Shown: positions 10,543-23,358 of the stretch, piece after piece
Layout of the letters: each line of letters begins with the position of its first letter
Position numbering within the stretch: the first letter of the stretch is position 1
Assembly: GCA_964016885.1 (NCBI GenBank)
Contig: OZ024743.1
Coordinates: 256,990,001-257,054,000 of the forward strand
Reading direction: 5' to 3'
Length of the DNA stretch: 64,000 nucleotides
Source: Eledone cirrhosa
Lineage: Eukaryota
Position numbers and translations under genes: made by a program
Notes under the pieces: generated by a model
What the model saw: only the letters and a program-made list of their open reading frames with translations
What the model was told of the DNA's origin: nothing
Databases searched by the model: none

Positions 10543-12455
10543 ATCATCATGATCATCACTGTTTAACGTCCATTTTTCCGTGCTAGAATGAGTTGGACAA
10601 GTTGTCCAGATGTGAGACAGGTGAGGTCAGAGGACTAAATTTGGCTTGGTTTCTATGGCTAGATGTGCTTCCTAATGCCAACAACATTTAGAGTGTGTAC
10701 TGGATGTTTTTTTATCATGACACCTCAATGAACACTTTAAAATGTGGGCTGGGTGCATGATACGTACACTACCACTTTACAGTGTAGCTGGGCACTTTTT
10801 GTCATGTCACTTACATGACCACTGTACCATGTTGGCTGGGAGCTTTTTATCATCTCATCCTCACGATCATTTTACAGTGGTTTGGGGACTTTGTTGGAGG
10901 AAGTAGTTATAGGGTTGGTGCAAGGAGCAGAGTGTTAGGATATGGGTGGTGTCTTAGGATATGGGAGGTGTATGGAAGTGGGATTGAGGTTAAGGTGGTG
11001 CATAATAGATGTATGCTTTAGCCTGTGCTCATGGAAAGGTGTCTCTACTGTATTGCTGCATAATGCCAGAGATCTCGGCCTGTGAAAGGTGCAATTTTGC
11101 AAGGTCAGCTTTTATCACCTCATCCTAGGTCTTCGTATTCCATATCTGCAACCTTTTATACAGCTGTCATCCTTCATACACATAATTTATCCATACCAAT
11201 ACAATAATACAATCTCCAGTCCTGCACACTGCATCTGATCCCTTTTATGCCTAGTTTTCTCTCAGTTCATTTATGCTTTGCCTTTCACATATTACTATTA
11301 CACATCCATCGAAACATGCAAGCTTCATTTGTTAGCAATCTTCACAGTTTCTCTGCACACAATACACAGGCCTCACTACCATGCAACATTGATATTTGTA
11401 TATATTCATCATACAATCTACCCTTTGTTTTGAGGGAAAATCCTTTTGTACCTAGCAGTGGTAGTAGCTCCCTGAACTTCTTCCATCCAGTTCTTACTCT
11501 GGCTACTGTAGTTTCAGAACAGCCACCTCCACTGCTAAGTTGGTCACCCAGGTAGCAGAAGCTATCTATTGTTTCTACAGAACCTTCCAAAAAGTTGATA
11601 GTGCTTGTTTCTGTGTGTGTTTGCTGCTTACTGCTCCTGTTGAATAGCCGTATGTAAAACCTGTGTTCTTATCTAAGCTACTTAAGATCCCACAACACAC
11701 GTTGTGTACCCTTAGTTTGCATTTGGGTCAGAAGATGGAATTTCTACTTACTCCATTCCTCCTACACACTGAGCAAGGCCATTTCCATAGGTGTTCAGGG
11801 CTTTGTTTTCCCTTCTATTTACTAGAACTTTATTTTTTGTTAGGTTGACTTTAGACATTTTGATTCTAGTTCATTCTTCCAGATTTGGAATTTCTTCTCC
11901 AATTCTGCCATAGATTCAGCTATAAATGTGAGTTCTATTGGGCAGCCAGTCTTAAACTACTTTGTTATAGCATGCAGGATGAAAATAACAGGTGAGGGCT
12001 AAGAACATATCCCTGGTAGACACATACCTGCATGCTAAATTCTTCACTATTGTCATTGTTCATCCTAACTTCATTGACTGCTCCCCTATACATGGCTTAT
12101 ACAGCCTTTATAAGCCACTCCTCAATTTGTAGTTTTCTAATAGCCCAACAGATTACAACATGTGAGACGCTGTCAAAAGCAATCTCCAGATCAACAAATA
12201 CCTTGTAGAGTGGCTTATTCTTAGCTAAGTACTTCTCCTGTACCTGCTTCACAAGGAAGAGAGCCTCTGTGGTACTTTTACCTGCCACACATCAGAACTG
12301 CTTCTCATCTAGGTTAATCCAGTCCTTAATCGGCTGTCCTATTACTCTTTCTGATACTTTCATGACCTGGTTCATAAACTTGACGCCTCTATAGTTTTCT
12401 CTGTCTAGTATATCTCCTTAACCCTTAACAGCAGTTGACAACGATGCTGCTATGA
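10543..12455 (-). mobile_element. Old 5'-truncated RTE-clade LINE
   Basis: Fragments AGKSTTEALFLVKQVQEKYLAKNKPLY and DSFCYLGD..WKKFRELLPLL are homologous to the 14217-17069 ORF. (CAT)n tail and shared 3' end. Confidence 0.9.
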
Positions 12456-12480
12456 CAATCATAATACATACATGCATAAC

Positions 12481-12820
12481 GGGTAAAGAACCCCTATGGT
12501 CATAAATGACCATAGTATTTGCACCTAGAAATTTCCCCTCCAAGGCATAAGTCAGGGCAAGGTTGTTTGTGGAAGACAAGCATCACCTATGCATACCAGT
12601 CTCTCCCCTCCACACCACAAATGCTGTCCAAGGGAAAGGCAAAGGCCGATACAGCTTGGTACAAGTGACATAGCAACTTATTTCTACAGCTGAGTGAACT
12701 GGAGCAATATGAAATAAAGTGTCTTTCTCAAGAACACAATGCAAAGCCCGGTCCAAGAATCGAACTCACAACCTCACGATTGTAAGCCTAATACTCTAAC
12801 CACAAAGCCATGCACCTTCA
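12481..12820 (-). mobile_element. CORE-like tRNA SINE (family B), full length
   Basis: Reverse strand has TGGCTTTGTGGTTAG (A box), GAGTTCGATTC (B box) and core CTTGAGAAAGACACTTTATTTC..CCAGTTCACTCAGCTGTAGAAAT. Flanked by (CATA)n. Confidence 0.85.
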
Positions 12821-13464
12821 CATACATACATACACACATATATACATAACATTCGTCAATATATGACTATTGCAGAAGGCATTTCACCTAAGATGTAACA
12901 GGTGGGATAGAACACTGATTGACAGATTTGCAAAGCAAGCTCCTTCAGCAGCACACAGCCACGTCTGATATATCTAATAGATAAATGATTTCCTATGTTC
13001 TATGTTAATATCAACACATTAACAGCTGAGATACTAAAGCTCCATTGTGTTGCTAATGCATGGAACACATCCTCAAGCAAACAAAATGAGTAGCCATAAA
13101 GATTAATATCTTTTTCAGGAATATATCTTCCCAGTGAAAAATGTTTGTGAACAACCAAAGTTGAATGGGAAAAACAACATTAAAGCTTTTACTAGGAATT
13201 TTATAAATTCTTGAAATTAGTTGTGAAAAATGCAAACATAACAACAAAAACAAAGACCATTATCTGCACTATCATCATCAATAACATCAATTACAACAAC
13301 AAATATTATAGGATTTCAATGCTGATCACCATTATTATTATGTTATTGCTATTTCGGTAGAAACAATTATTATTGTTATCATTATCATTATTAAAAATAA
13401 CAATAACACTACGAATAATAAGAATAGGATAGATTAGGATAATGTAAATAATAATGCAAACAGA

Positions 13465-13608
13465 CACACACATATATATCTACATATCTACATGTCTACA
13501 TATACACACATAATATACATAAATATATACATTTATATGTGTGTGTATATATATATATATGTATGTGTGTGTATATATAAATATATGTATATATATACAA
13601 ATAAATAA

Positions 13609-13639
<31 letters not shown>

Positions 13640-13687
13640 TTCATTTATAATTATATATATATATTCATATATATTCATATATAATTA

Positions 13688-13739
<52 letters not shown>

Positions 13740-13815
13740 TAATTATATATAAATATATATGAATATATATATATAATTATATATGAATATATATATATAT
13801 ATACATATATATATA
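13465..13815. repeat. Long (TA)n-rich compound microsatellite
   Basis: Direct reading. Confidence 0.9.
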
Positions 13816-13907
13816 ATCAATAACGAACTGAATGTGGAAATTTGGTTTGTTTTCAATATAAGCAAACATATATATATATAATATACAATGTTGATGCTGC
13901 TTTTAAT

Positions 13908-16900
13908 TCATCATCATCATCATCATCACCGTTTTACGTCCGTTCTTCCACGCTAGCATGGGTTAGACGGGTTGTCCTGTTGTGGGCAGTGTCTGGTCGG
14001 CTGACCATGCCTTGCTCATACAGGAACTGATCTGGCTTGATTTCTACAGCTGGATGCCCTTCCTAACACCAACCTCATTTACAGTGAGTGCTGGGTGCTT
14101 TTTCGTGGCGCCTACACGTCCACTTTACAGTGTGGGCTGGGTGCTTTTTTGCCGTGGCACCTCCACGGCCACCTTGCGGTGGAGGGGGGGGGGGGGGGGC
14201 ATATTGTTTATATGCTTCAGCATGTACCCATGGGAGGTCGGGTACCCTGTATTACTGCGTGACGCCAGAAGTCACGGTCGTGTGTCATTGACTTTGAGAG
14301 GTGTAGTTGGGTAAGGTCGGCTTTTATCACCTCATCCCAAGTCATCTTGGGTCTCCCCACTCCGCGGTTTCCATCAACTTCTAGTGCTCTGCACCTTTTT
14401 ATGCAGCTGTCATCCTTCATACGCATCACATGTCCATACCAGCGTAACCGCCTCTCCTGCACGCAGCATTTGATTCCTCTTATGCTCAGTCTCTCTCTCA
14501 ATTCCTTTATGCTTTGTCGTTCACGTATATTACTGTTACACATCCATCGGAGCATGCAGGCTTCGTTTCTCTCTAATCTACGTAAGTCTTCCACCTTCAG
14601 CGCCCAGGTCTCACTACCATGCAACATCGCTGTTCGGATACACGCATCATACAGTCTGCCTTTCATTCTGAGGGAGAAGCCTTTTGCAGCTAGCAGTGGT
14701 AGTAGTTCCCTAAACTTCTTCCATCCCGTTCTTACCCTAGTTATTGTACTTTCTGAGCACCCACCTCCGTTGCTAATTCGGTCACCTAGGTAGCAGAAGC
14801 TGTCTACTGTTTCTACAGGGCCCTCCCAGAGATTGGTGGTACTTGTTTCCTGTGGCTGTTTGCTTGCTGTTTCAGCACAGCTGCTGCATGTGAATCCTAC
14901 ATTCTTAATTAAGCTTCCTGAGATCCCGCTACATCTCTTGTGTACCCATTGTTTGCATTTGGGGCAGAGAATGGAGTTTCTACCTACACCTTTCCTACAT
15001 ACTGAGCAAGGCCATTTCCCTGAGGGGATCTGGGTTCTGTTTTCTCGTCTACTTACAAGGACCTTAGTCTTTGTCATGTTGACTTTGAGGCCCTTTCTCT
15101 CTAGTCCCTGCTTCCAGGTTTGGAATTTATTCTCTAGTTCTACCATAGATTCAGCTATGAGTGCGAGGTCATCAGCATACAGGAGTTCCCATGGGCATCC
15201 GGTCTTAAACTCCTCCGTTATTGCCTGCAGGACTATGATGAACAGGAGAGGGCTAAGAACAGAGCCCTGGTGGACCCCAACCTGTACGCTAAATTCCTCG
15301 CTATACTCATTGCCAATCCTAACTTTGCTGACTGCTCCCCTATACATGGCTTGTACCGCTTTCACAAGCCATTCATCTACTCCTAGTTTTCTAAGAGCCC
15401 ACCAGATTACTGCACGTGGAACTCTGTCAAAGGCTTTCTCAAGGTCGACAAATGCCAAGTAGAGTGGCTTACTTTTAGCTAGGTACTTTTCCTGTAATTG
15501 CCTCACAAGGAAGAGGGCATCAGTGGTGCCTTTCCCTGGTACAAACCCAAATTGCATCTCGTCTATATTCACCCGGTCCCTAATCAGCTGTGCTATAACT
15601 CTTTCTGTTACTTTCATGACCTGGTCCATCAACTTTATACCTCTATAGTTTCCTCTATCTAGTGCATCGCCTTTACCTTTGTAGCAGTTGACAATGATGC
15701 TACTGCACCAATCTTTTTGTATGGCCCCCTCTAGTATTACCTGGTTAACGATACGTGTGGTTATAGTGTGACCTACAGACCCAGATGCCTTCAGCATCTC
15801 GGCAGCTATACCCGATGGACCGGTTGCCTTCCCTATCTTCATATCTCTGATTGCCTTACTTACTACGCTGCCGCTGACTTGTACTGCTGGTCCCTCTATA
15901 GGGTCTACGTGGGGTAGGGTCTCTTCTTCCCATGCATTCTCCTCATTTAGTAATCTATCATAATGACTCTTCCATGCATCTTTCTTCTCAGCACTTGTGA
16001 GGGCAAGCTCACCTTTATCATTCCGGATACACTTCTCTCCAATGACATCACAACTATCTCTGACACACTGCCTCGCAATCTTGAATACCTCCTGTTTCTG
16101 GTCCTCACGTTGTAAAACATGCTTGAATTTTCTATCCTCTGCTTCCCTCCTAGCTAAGTATACTTGTCGCCTAGCTTCCCTCTTGGTCTCTATGTAATGT
16201 ACCCTGCTCCCCCCGTTCTTCCATTCTTTCCATGCCTGTCTCTTGGCCTTGACTGTTTCATCTACCTTATTGTTCCACCACCAAGTCACTCTCCTCCTGC
16301 TTGAGGTCTTACTCCAGCCACAAACCTCATCCGTCGCCTCTAGTAAGTTATTTTTTAGGAACTCCCAGTTCTCTTCTACGTTAAATGTCTCTATCTGTTC
16401 TTCTTTACTGTCGTAGGCGTTGAGTAAAATATCTTTAAATCTGTTACTGGTTGAGGGGACTTTCAGCTTCCAGATCTTTCTTCTCCAGGGTGGCCTCTGT
16501 TTCAGGGCTCGTCTAGTTCTGACCGTGAGGTCGCTGACAACTAAGCTATGTTGGGATGTACATTCCTCACTAGGGAAGGCTTTTGTGTTTACGACCGTCC
16601 ATCTGTCACGTCCTCTGATGAGGATAAAATCTAACTGACTAGAGTGCTCCCCTGATCTATAGGTGATCAGGTGGTTGTCGGGTTTTTTAAAGTTTGTGTT
16701 ACATATCGACATGTCATTGGCGTCGCAGAATTCTAGAAGTCTGAATCCTTCCTCATTCCTTGTGCCAACTCCATGGCCTCCATGTACTCTATTGAAGCCG
16801 TCGCAGTGTTTACCTACGTGTCCGTTAAAATCTCCTGCAATGATTAGGAAGTCCTTGTCGTCTGTTAGAGCAGTAGTGTGTATTAGGGACTCGTAAAACC

Positions 16901-17075
16901 TATCCTTAAGTTCGTCTGGCAGCCCCGATTGGGGTGCGTAAGCTGATATTATTGTGGTAATTGTCTTATTCAGGACTAGTCTAAGTTTAATGATTCTTGC
17001 ATTTACCCTGTACACTGAGATTACTTTATCTACCCACTTGTCAGCTAATAGTATACCTACACCACCCATCCCATC
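13908..17075 (-). mobile_element. Young 5'-truncated RTE-clade LINE
   Basis: Uninterrupted APE-RT ORF, about 300-bp 3' UTR, (GAT)n tail at 13908-13927. Confidence 0.95.
14217..17069 (-). CDS. RTE LINE ORF: partial APE endonuclease, reverse transcriptase and Cys-rich PHD-like finger
   Basis: APE motifs SAYAPQ, AGDFNGHVG and LDFIL. RT motifs NYRGIKL, FVDLEKAFD, GVHQGSVLSP, YADD and FCYLG. CSVC..CPKC..WVHKRC..CSSC insert. The APE N-terminus is missing. Confidence 0.92.
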   Translation of the reverse strand: MGGVGILLADKWVDKVISVYRVNARIIKLRLVLNKTITTIISAYAPQSGLPDELKDRFYESLIHTTALTDDKDFLIIAGDFNGHVGKHCDGFNRVHGGHGVGTRNEEGFRLLEFCDANDMSICNTNFKKPDNHLITYRSGEHSSQLDFILIRGRDRWTVVNTKAFPSEECTSQHSLVVSDLTVRTRRALKQRPPWRRKIWKLKVPSTSNRFKDILLNAYDSKEEQIETFNVEENWEFLKNNLLEATDEVCGWSKTSSRRRVTWWWNNKVDETVKAKRQAWKEWKNGGSRVHYIETKREARRQVYLARREAEDRKFKHVLQREDQKQEVFKIARQCVRDSCDVIGEKCIRNDKGELALTSAEKKDAWKSHYDRLLNEENAWEEETLPHVDPIEGPAVQVSGSVVSKAIRDMKIGKATGPSGIAAEMLKASGSVGHTITTRIVNQVILEGAIQKDWCSSIIVNCYKGKGDALDRGNYRGIKLMDQVMKVTERVIAQLIRDRVNIDEMQFGFVPGKGTTDALFLVRQLQEKYLAKSKPLYLAFVDLEKAFDRVPRAVIWWALRKLGVDEWLVKAVQAMYRGAVSKVRIGNEYSEEFSVQVGVHQGSVLSPLLFIIVLQAITEEFKTGCPWELLYADDLALIAESMVELENKFQTWKQGLERKGLKVNMTKTKVLVSRRENRTQIPSGKWPCSVCRKGVGRNSILCPKCKQWVHKRCSGISGSLIKNVGFTCSSCAETASKQPQETSTTNLWEGPVETVDSFCYLGDRISNGGGCSESTITRVRTGWKKFRELLPLLAAKGFSLRMKGRLYDACIRTAMLHGSETWALKVEDLRRLERNEACMLRWMCNSNIRERQSIKELRERLSIRGIKCCVQERRLRWYGHVMRMKDDSCIKRCRALEVDGNRGVGRPKMTWDEVIKADLTQLHLSKSMTHDRDFWRHAVIQGTRPPMGTC

Positions 17076-17282
17076 GTAGGTATATAAATATGCAAATAAG
17101 ACTGTTGATTGCCCTAACCCTTAAACAAAACACTCAGAAAATCCTGTTAAACAAACTGCTGATTTCGCACTCATATTTCCCAGTAAATCAACGAATGGCC
17201 CATATTACATAAATAAACTACAAACCCATACCTGGTATGGGAAAGATAGACATTATCAAACTGTAGCTGTCATTATATTATA

Positions 17283-17462
17283 TTGGCAGTATTGGTAGAG
17301 GGTCCGACGCCATGCTTTGCAGCATAGAGTTACGGACCTTACGGTCTGAGTTCAAATCCCGCCGAGGTTAACTTTGCCTTTCATCCTTACGGGGTTGATA
17401 AAATAAAGTACCAGTAATACACTGGGATAATTGATGGCCCTGTGCCAAACGTAGAAACAACT
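17283..17462 (+). mobile_element. tRNA SINE family A
   Basis: TTGGCAGTATTGG..GAGTTCAAATCC..GCCTTTCATCCTTACGGGGTTGATAAAATAAAGTACCAG. Confidence 0.9.
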
Positions 17463-17554
17463 ATATTATATATAAATATATATAGTTACATCAAGAAAGT
17501 TGCTACAATACACATGGGACTGTACATATGAAGGCAACAATATCAGTAGAAGAA

Positions 17555-17715
17555 GAATAACAAGAATCTAAGATAATGTTACCTTGGAAAAAATTATTCA
17601 TCCCTATCTATTTCGAATGCATCATCCTTCATCATATGGTCCATTAGGTACATCCAAATTATATTGCAACTAATAAATGTTTCCAAGGTAACATTATCTA
17701 TGATTCTTGTTATTC
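17555..17715. mobile_element. Short foldback/MITE with about 44-bp imperfect TIRs
   Basis: gaataacaagaatctaagataatgttaccttggaaa (17555-) is mirrored at 17672-17715. Confidence 0.65.
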
Positions 17716-17840
17716 ATATACCTCTCCCAATTTTGTTTCCTTAATGTTTATAACCAAACTTGCCTTGCCATGGCTTCCTAGACACAACCACAATCGTTTT
17801 CCACAATGCTTCATGTAAACTATAACATTCCCTTATTATT

Positions 17841-18045
17841 CATCATCATCATCATCATCGTTTAACGTCCATCTTCCACGCTTGCATGGGTTTGGACGGG
17901 ATTTTTCCCACTTGAGGCAAGAGTGGTTGTCTTGCTCGCATAGGACTGTCTGGCGGGTTTTCTACGGCTATTATATAAATATATATATATAAATACACAC
18001 ACATAATACATCTATAGTATATGTTATATATACAATATATATACA

Positions 18046-18076
<31 letters not shown>

Positions 18077-18077
18077 C

Positions 18078-18125
<48 letters not shown>

Positions 18126-18330
18126 GTCGTGTAGGTGACACGACAAAAAAGCTCCCAGTACACACTGTAAATGTGGTTGGCATTAGGAAAAGCATCCAGC
18201 CATAGAAACCGAGCCAAAGTCTGTTCTATGTGAGCCAAACATGGCCCTTGACATTGATCTCTCACAACAGGATATCACATCCTCCCCATGCAATTGGACG
18301 TCATACGATGAAGTTGATGATGATGATATA
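17841..18330. mobile_element. Short elements carrying the RTE 3' tail, mixed with TA microsatellite
   Basis: (CAT)n-TTTAACGTCCATCTTCCACGCTTGCATGGG on the minus strand. GGTTGGCATTAGGAAAAGCATCCAGC..(GAT)n on the plus strand. Confidence 0.7.
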
Positions 18331-21300
18331 CTATATAAAATATATAGTATATAATATACATAATATATACTATAAAATGTATATAGTGTATGATATATAT
18401 AAAATATATAATATATATATTTTATATAATATATATAGTATATAATATATTTATATATAATATATATATATATATATTTTATATATATATAATATACATA
18501 TATATAATATAAGTGTGTATTTATAAGAATAACAATAATATATGTAATAATGGCAATGTAAACAGTAAAAATGCAATATAAACAATAACTAGCTAGGCAC
18601 ATGTATTGTATGTAATATTGTCAAAAATGAGAAAATGGCTATATGTTGAATAAAGTAGCGATTATTGCCTTTGATGGAACATCTTCAGCTGTGTGAAGTC
18701 TAATTCTAACCATTATAACAGCAAAATATTAACTCATTATTCTATATTACTATTTCTATTCATTCTATATTTTAGCTTTTCTAAGAAAACAAAACTAAAC
18801 TGCATCTAATACATAAAGAGATATTCAAATTTCTAAAGGTGTTGTTGTTGATGTTTTTATTGTTAAATTTGTTAAATTTGCAGTTACAGTTGAATTCTTT
18901 ACTGAAAGATGCAGTGGCTGATACAAAATGTATTATATTCAAGTGTTATCATTAAAATATCAACTAATTCTTCTCCAAGAATTAATGGAATCTTTGCATG
19001 TTCTCCAAGACTATTTCGTTTTTCACGTTATTGGTTTTGCTCTACTTCTCATGTATTGCATATTGATTTATTTGGAAATGGTACAGGGTTTCTATATTTA
19101 TGTGTCTGCTCCCTCATTCTCCATCCCTTAAAGCAGCAGCAACAGCAACTTTTTGAATGCCATTTTTCCCTACTGAAGTTGATGTTACCTTTGTGATAAA
19201 CGTCTTCATAATCCTCATGGGGTCACTTTTGAAGTAATGTTCTATGGTTTGATGCACTTCCTGGCACCAACACTTTCAGTTGTTTCTTATGAGATGCAAG
19301 CATATGGTTTACCTATTCTAAAGCAGATTACACAGCACCTCTCCAAGGGAATGACTGGTATTATAAATCATATGTCCGAGTTGTACTTGTTTGACAAGGA
19401 GCTTGATTTAAAACAGTGTCTGTTGAAGCCAACACTGTGGGCTAAAGATATATTTTGTGCCCTCACCTTAATATGCATTCTGTTTTTTAGAATAAGTATA
19501 CCTTATTCATGTATGTTATAAGAAGTGACTAAAAGTTTTGACATCAAAAAGGGTATCCAGCTGAAAAAGATTTTCTCAAAATATCCCACCCTGTCCAACC
19601 TATGCCAGCATGGAAATGTAAACATGAAAAAAAAAAACATGATGATGAACAATGAAAACAGCCATCTGTATTCAATCAGTTTTTGTGATACGTGATGATA
19701 CTGAAATATTTTCCCCTTTAATGCCTGGGGTCTGTCATGACTATCTATGCTAAGTGGTCGTGCAAATGATGCCTATTTCAGTTTTGTGTATCTGTGATAT
19801 TAAGTGGAAAAAATTGTGGCTGTAGTAGCATAATGGAGAAGTCACTTTTGACAAGATGGCTGGTAACCATCACTAGAGCAGGATCCCAGCAATCACTTTA
19901 TTTGTTGGGAATTACAACAGGAATGAAAAATATAATGTCTAATTGCTATGTGTAGCTAAGGTTCTAGAATAGTTACAGTGTATCATAAGATATGAATAAA
20001 AAAAGTTGGCATCTGGTATGGCATCCAGCTGTAAAATATTATCTAAACACATCCCGCTCAACCCATGTCAGCATGGAAAAGTGGATATAAAAATGATGAT
20101 GATGATGAATGAAATGAAGCACTTGAAATCAGAAAACAGTTAACAGAAGATTTAAAATATTATATCCACAAGCAAATAAATGAAAGAAAGAAGCGAGATT
20201 CATAAGAGTGATGTTCAAAGAAAACCCTACTGGGGTAGAAACTCTTTTTACAAGAGGGGCGACAACTACAGTGGAAGGATGAGAATTTTGTCAAATGGCA
20301 ATTTTCTCAATTGGTAACGTTAAAAGGTGCATCATGTGAAGAAATTTCAGCAGAACAATGGCTATAGAAATAATTATAGAATAGAGAAAATTCTATAAAT
20401 ATTTTGGTGTTGAGAAAGGTGTTGACATTTAGCAGCATAACGAAGGCCAACTAATTTAGAAACTCGCTTTTGGAAACAATCAAGGAGAAAATGAAACCCT
20501 ACAGAAGCACCAGCCAAGTTGTAATAACAGTACTTCAAGCAAGGCTGAATAAAAGATATTTAATAAGAAACTTATTTAATGCTGCAACATTTTCACTGCT
20601 AAGATTTGAATGCTAAACCTTATTTTTATATTCTAACCATTTAATACTCTTCTAGTGTTTCCTAAATACAAATTTTAAAATTTATATTTAACAACCATCC
20701 AAAACAGTGATGCCTGGCTCTATACAGTACCCTAATTATTGATTATCAGCCATTGTAATGATGAATACACATACACACACACAATAAAGATGTCCTATAC
20801 CACAGTCTGTGGAACAATGTGATCGCAAATACAAGCAACCGAAATGGTGTTCCTCTGACGGGTCTTTGGAATAACATTACTCAATAGAGTTCATAGCTAA
20901 GAGATCAGAGAGTCACATTCTCTCATGATAATCCTAGCACTTTTGTCATAAATCTTAGAGCTACTACAGAAGCAAGTGTGTCACCAGACTTTGGCATTTA
21001 GTAAGGATCAGGGGTGCATAGAACATTCTGGGTGAACACTGTCATTTACAATAATTCTAAGATTATTCAGACTTAGTGTATCATCATACATTTTTCTAAC
21101 TCTTATTGTTCACAATTGAAATCTAGGGGAAGGGGGGGGGGGGGGCAGTGTCATCCACTAACCTTCCCCACCACTACTTAAAGATGGGTTCATGCAGAAG
21201 AACAGAAAATAACTAAGTACAAGTTAAGGATAGATATATTCCTTTTCATGTCCATTACTGTTGTGACGTTTGGCATACTTAGTTGATTAGGTTGCTGCTC

Positions 21301-22125
21301 CTCTCTGTCAAATTGTGATGAAGGTGAGGAGGGTGTCATACCTTAGGAAGGAACCTAGTGAGGTACAATTGCTAAGGCAGAGGATATCTCTGGCTTTTCT
21401 TCATGAAAAACAATTTTGCTATCCTATTCATGGAGAATAAAGGAGACAATTTATTTATATATAGTGCTGGTATCCTGATAAAATGCACTCAATTGGGCAC
21501 AGCATCATGTATAAGCAAGATACAGGCCACCAGCTTATCAGAGCAGTCAGCAGCACCATTTGAGTACTAACTTGGTCTGTGAAGAACTGTCCAACCCTTG
21601 CTGGCAGGAAAAATGTTAAATGATGAAGATGATGATGATGATAATTTCAATAAATTTACGAAAAAGGAAAGTATGTTTGAAACTTTCATTAGATCTTGAA
21701 TACAATTGTTTTTATAGAAACAAAACAGAGAAGAATGAGAATAAAACAAAATAGAATGTGTGTTTATCGTTATTACAATCACTGAAATAAAGTATTTTTT
21801 GGTTCATGTCATTTTATTTCTATTGAAATGTTGATATCTTGTCTACAAAACTGAAAAATGGCTTAGAATAATCAATATTATTTTTGTTTGATTATAACAT
21901 TGTTGTTGTTGTAATGTCTCATCGTTTTCTGTATTTTCTTGACCTTTGTGAACTTATATTTATCAGGTAAATAAGAACTATATATTTACAGGTGCCATTA
22001 GAAACAATTATTATCATTATTATTATTAGTAATATTTTTAGTAATAGTAGTAGTAGTAGTAGTAAAATAAAACACAATTATAAATATTAATGTTAATATT
22101 ATTATTTATTATTATTATTATTATT

Positions 22126-22570
22126 GGGACAGTGGAATGACATCGGTAGAGCATCAGATAAGGTTTTGCGGCATATAGTTACAGCCTTTTCACATTCTGA
22201 TTTCAAATCCTACAGAGGTTAGTTTTGCCTTTCATCCTTACGGGGTTGATAAAATAAAGTACCACTAATGCACTGATATTGATTTAATCGACTTACCCTT
22301 CTCTTCAAATTGCTTGCCTTGTATCTAAATCAAAAACCATTTTTATTGTCATTAGGGCAGTGGATTGACAATATTGGTAGACCATCAGACAACATGTTTT
22401 GCGATTTATTGTTATGGCTCTTTGTGTCCTGAGTTCAAATCCCACAGAGGTTAGTTTTGCATATCATCATTATGGGGTTGATAAAATAAAGTACCAATAA
22501 AGAACTGGAGTCACTTTAATCGATTTTCCCATTCCCTTGAAATTGTTGGCCTTGAAACCATTATTATTAT
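22126..22570 (+). mobile_element. Two tandem tRNA SINE family A copies
   Basis: Two heads (22126, 22355), each with a B box and GGGGTTGATAAAATAAAGTACC. Confidence 0.85.
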
Positions 22571-22593
22571 TTGAGGCTACAGTATATATGTAT

Positions 22594-22925
22594 CTATGGT
22601 CCTGTAAATCCTGATAGAGTCATAGGAGCGCTGTATTGACATACAGCATTTCTTGCGCATTTTAAGCCTGACGAAGCCCATCCCTTTCCAGGCCTAAGTA
22701 CAGCAGATTTCTTCCAGAGAATGATAGAAAGTGAGAGAGGAAATGAGGAATAGATATAGATGAAGAATCGACGCCAGGGCGAGATTGGTACATTTTTATT
22801 GACCTTGAAAGGATGAAAGGCAAAGTTGAATGCGGGATTTGAACGGAGAGAGCAGAGAACCAGAAAGAATACCATAAAGCATTCTATCTGATGTTCTAAC
22901 GAATCTGCCAATTCGCCACCTGAGG
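22594..22925 (-). mobile_element. SINE with family A head and an alternative longer 3' tail
   Basis: Reverse strand has GGTGGCGAATTGGCAGATTCG, B box and GCCTTTCATCC. The tail is homologous to 24110-24250. Confidence 0.75.
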
Positions 22926-23172
22926 CTATAGTAGGAGTATGCAAATATAGTGTGTAAACGAGGTTAATTAGCTGATGTATACTTTAGAAAATACTATATA
23001 TTTTCAACAATTCGTTTGAGTAGCAGAGAGGTGTACAGTTCAGATGAAGGGAAATGAGTCAGAAACATGTTGGCTTTTCCTAGATGTTATTGTTGAGCAA
23101 ATGGATGATGATAGTCATAAAAACAAAACAGCATAATGAGGTCATTTGCTTGCAAACACATCGGATAGTATT

Positions 23173-23358
23173 GTGGATTGGCAGTATCGGTAGAGGGTCA
23201 GACGCCATGCTTTCCAGCATAGTTACGTCCCTTTACGATCTGAGTTCAAATCCCGCCGAGGTTGACTTTGCCTTTCATCCTTACGGGGTCGATAAAATAA
23301 AGTACCAGTAATGAATTGGGTATTTGCTGGCCTTGTGCCTAAAGTAGAAACAATTATT
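23173..23358 (+). mobile_element. tRNA SINE family A (young copy)
   Basis: Nearly identical to 501-680 and 17283-17462. Confidence 0.9.

Noticed and set aside
14347-16896. Plus-strand ORFs overlapping the RTE (and similar ones over the R4 and Helitron)
   Set aside because: These are antisense shadows of TE coding sequence.
18884-19080. Possible host exon (tttgcag acceptor; ORFs 18909/18928 with a hydrophobic stretch)
   Set aside because: Weak donor, no recognisable protein similarity, and no partner exons identified.
23173-23260. tRNA gene-like A/B boxes
   Set aside because: They belong to multi-copy SINE heads, with no cloverleaf or acceptor stem.
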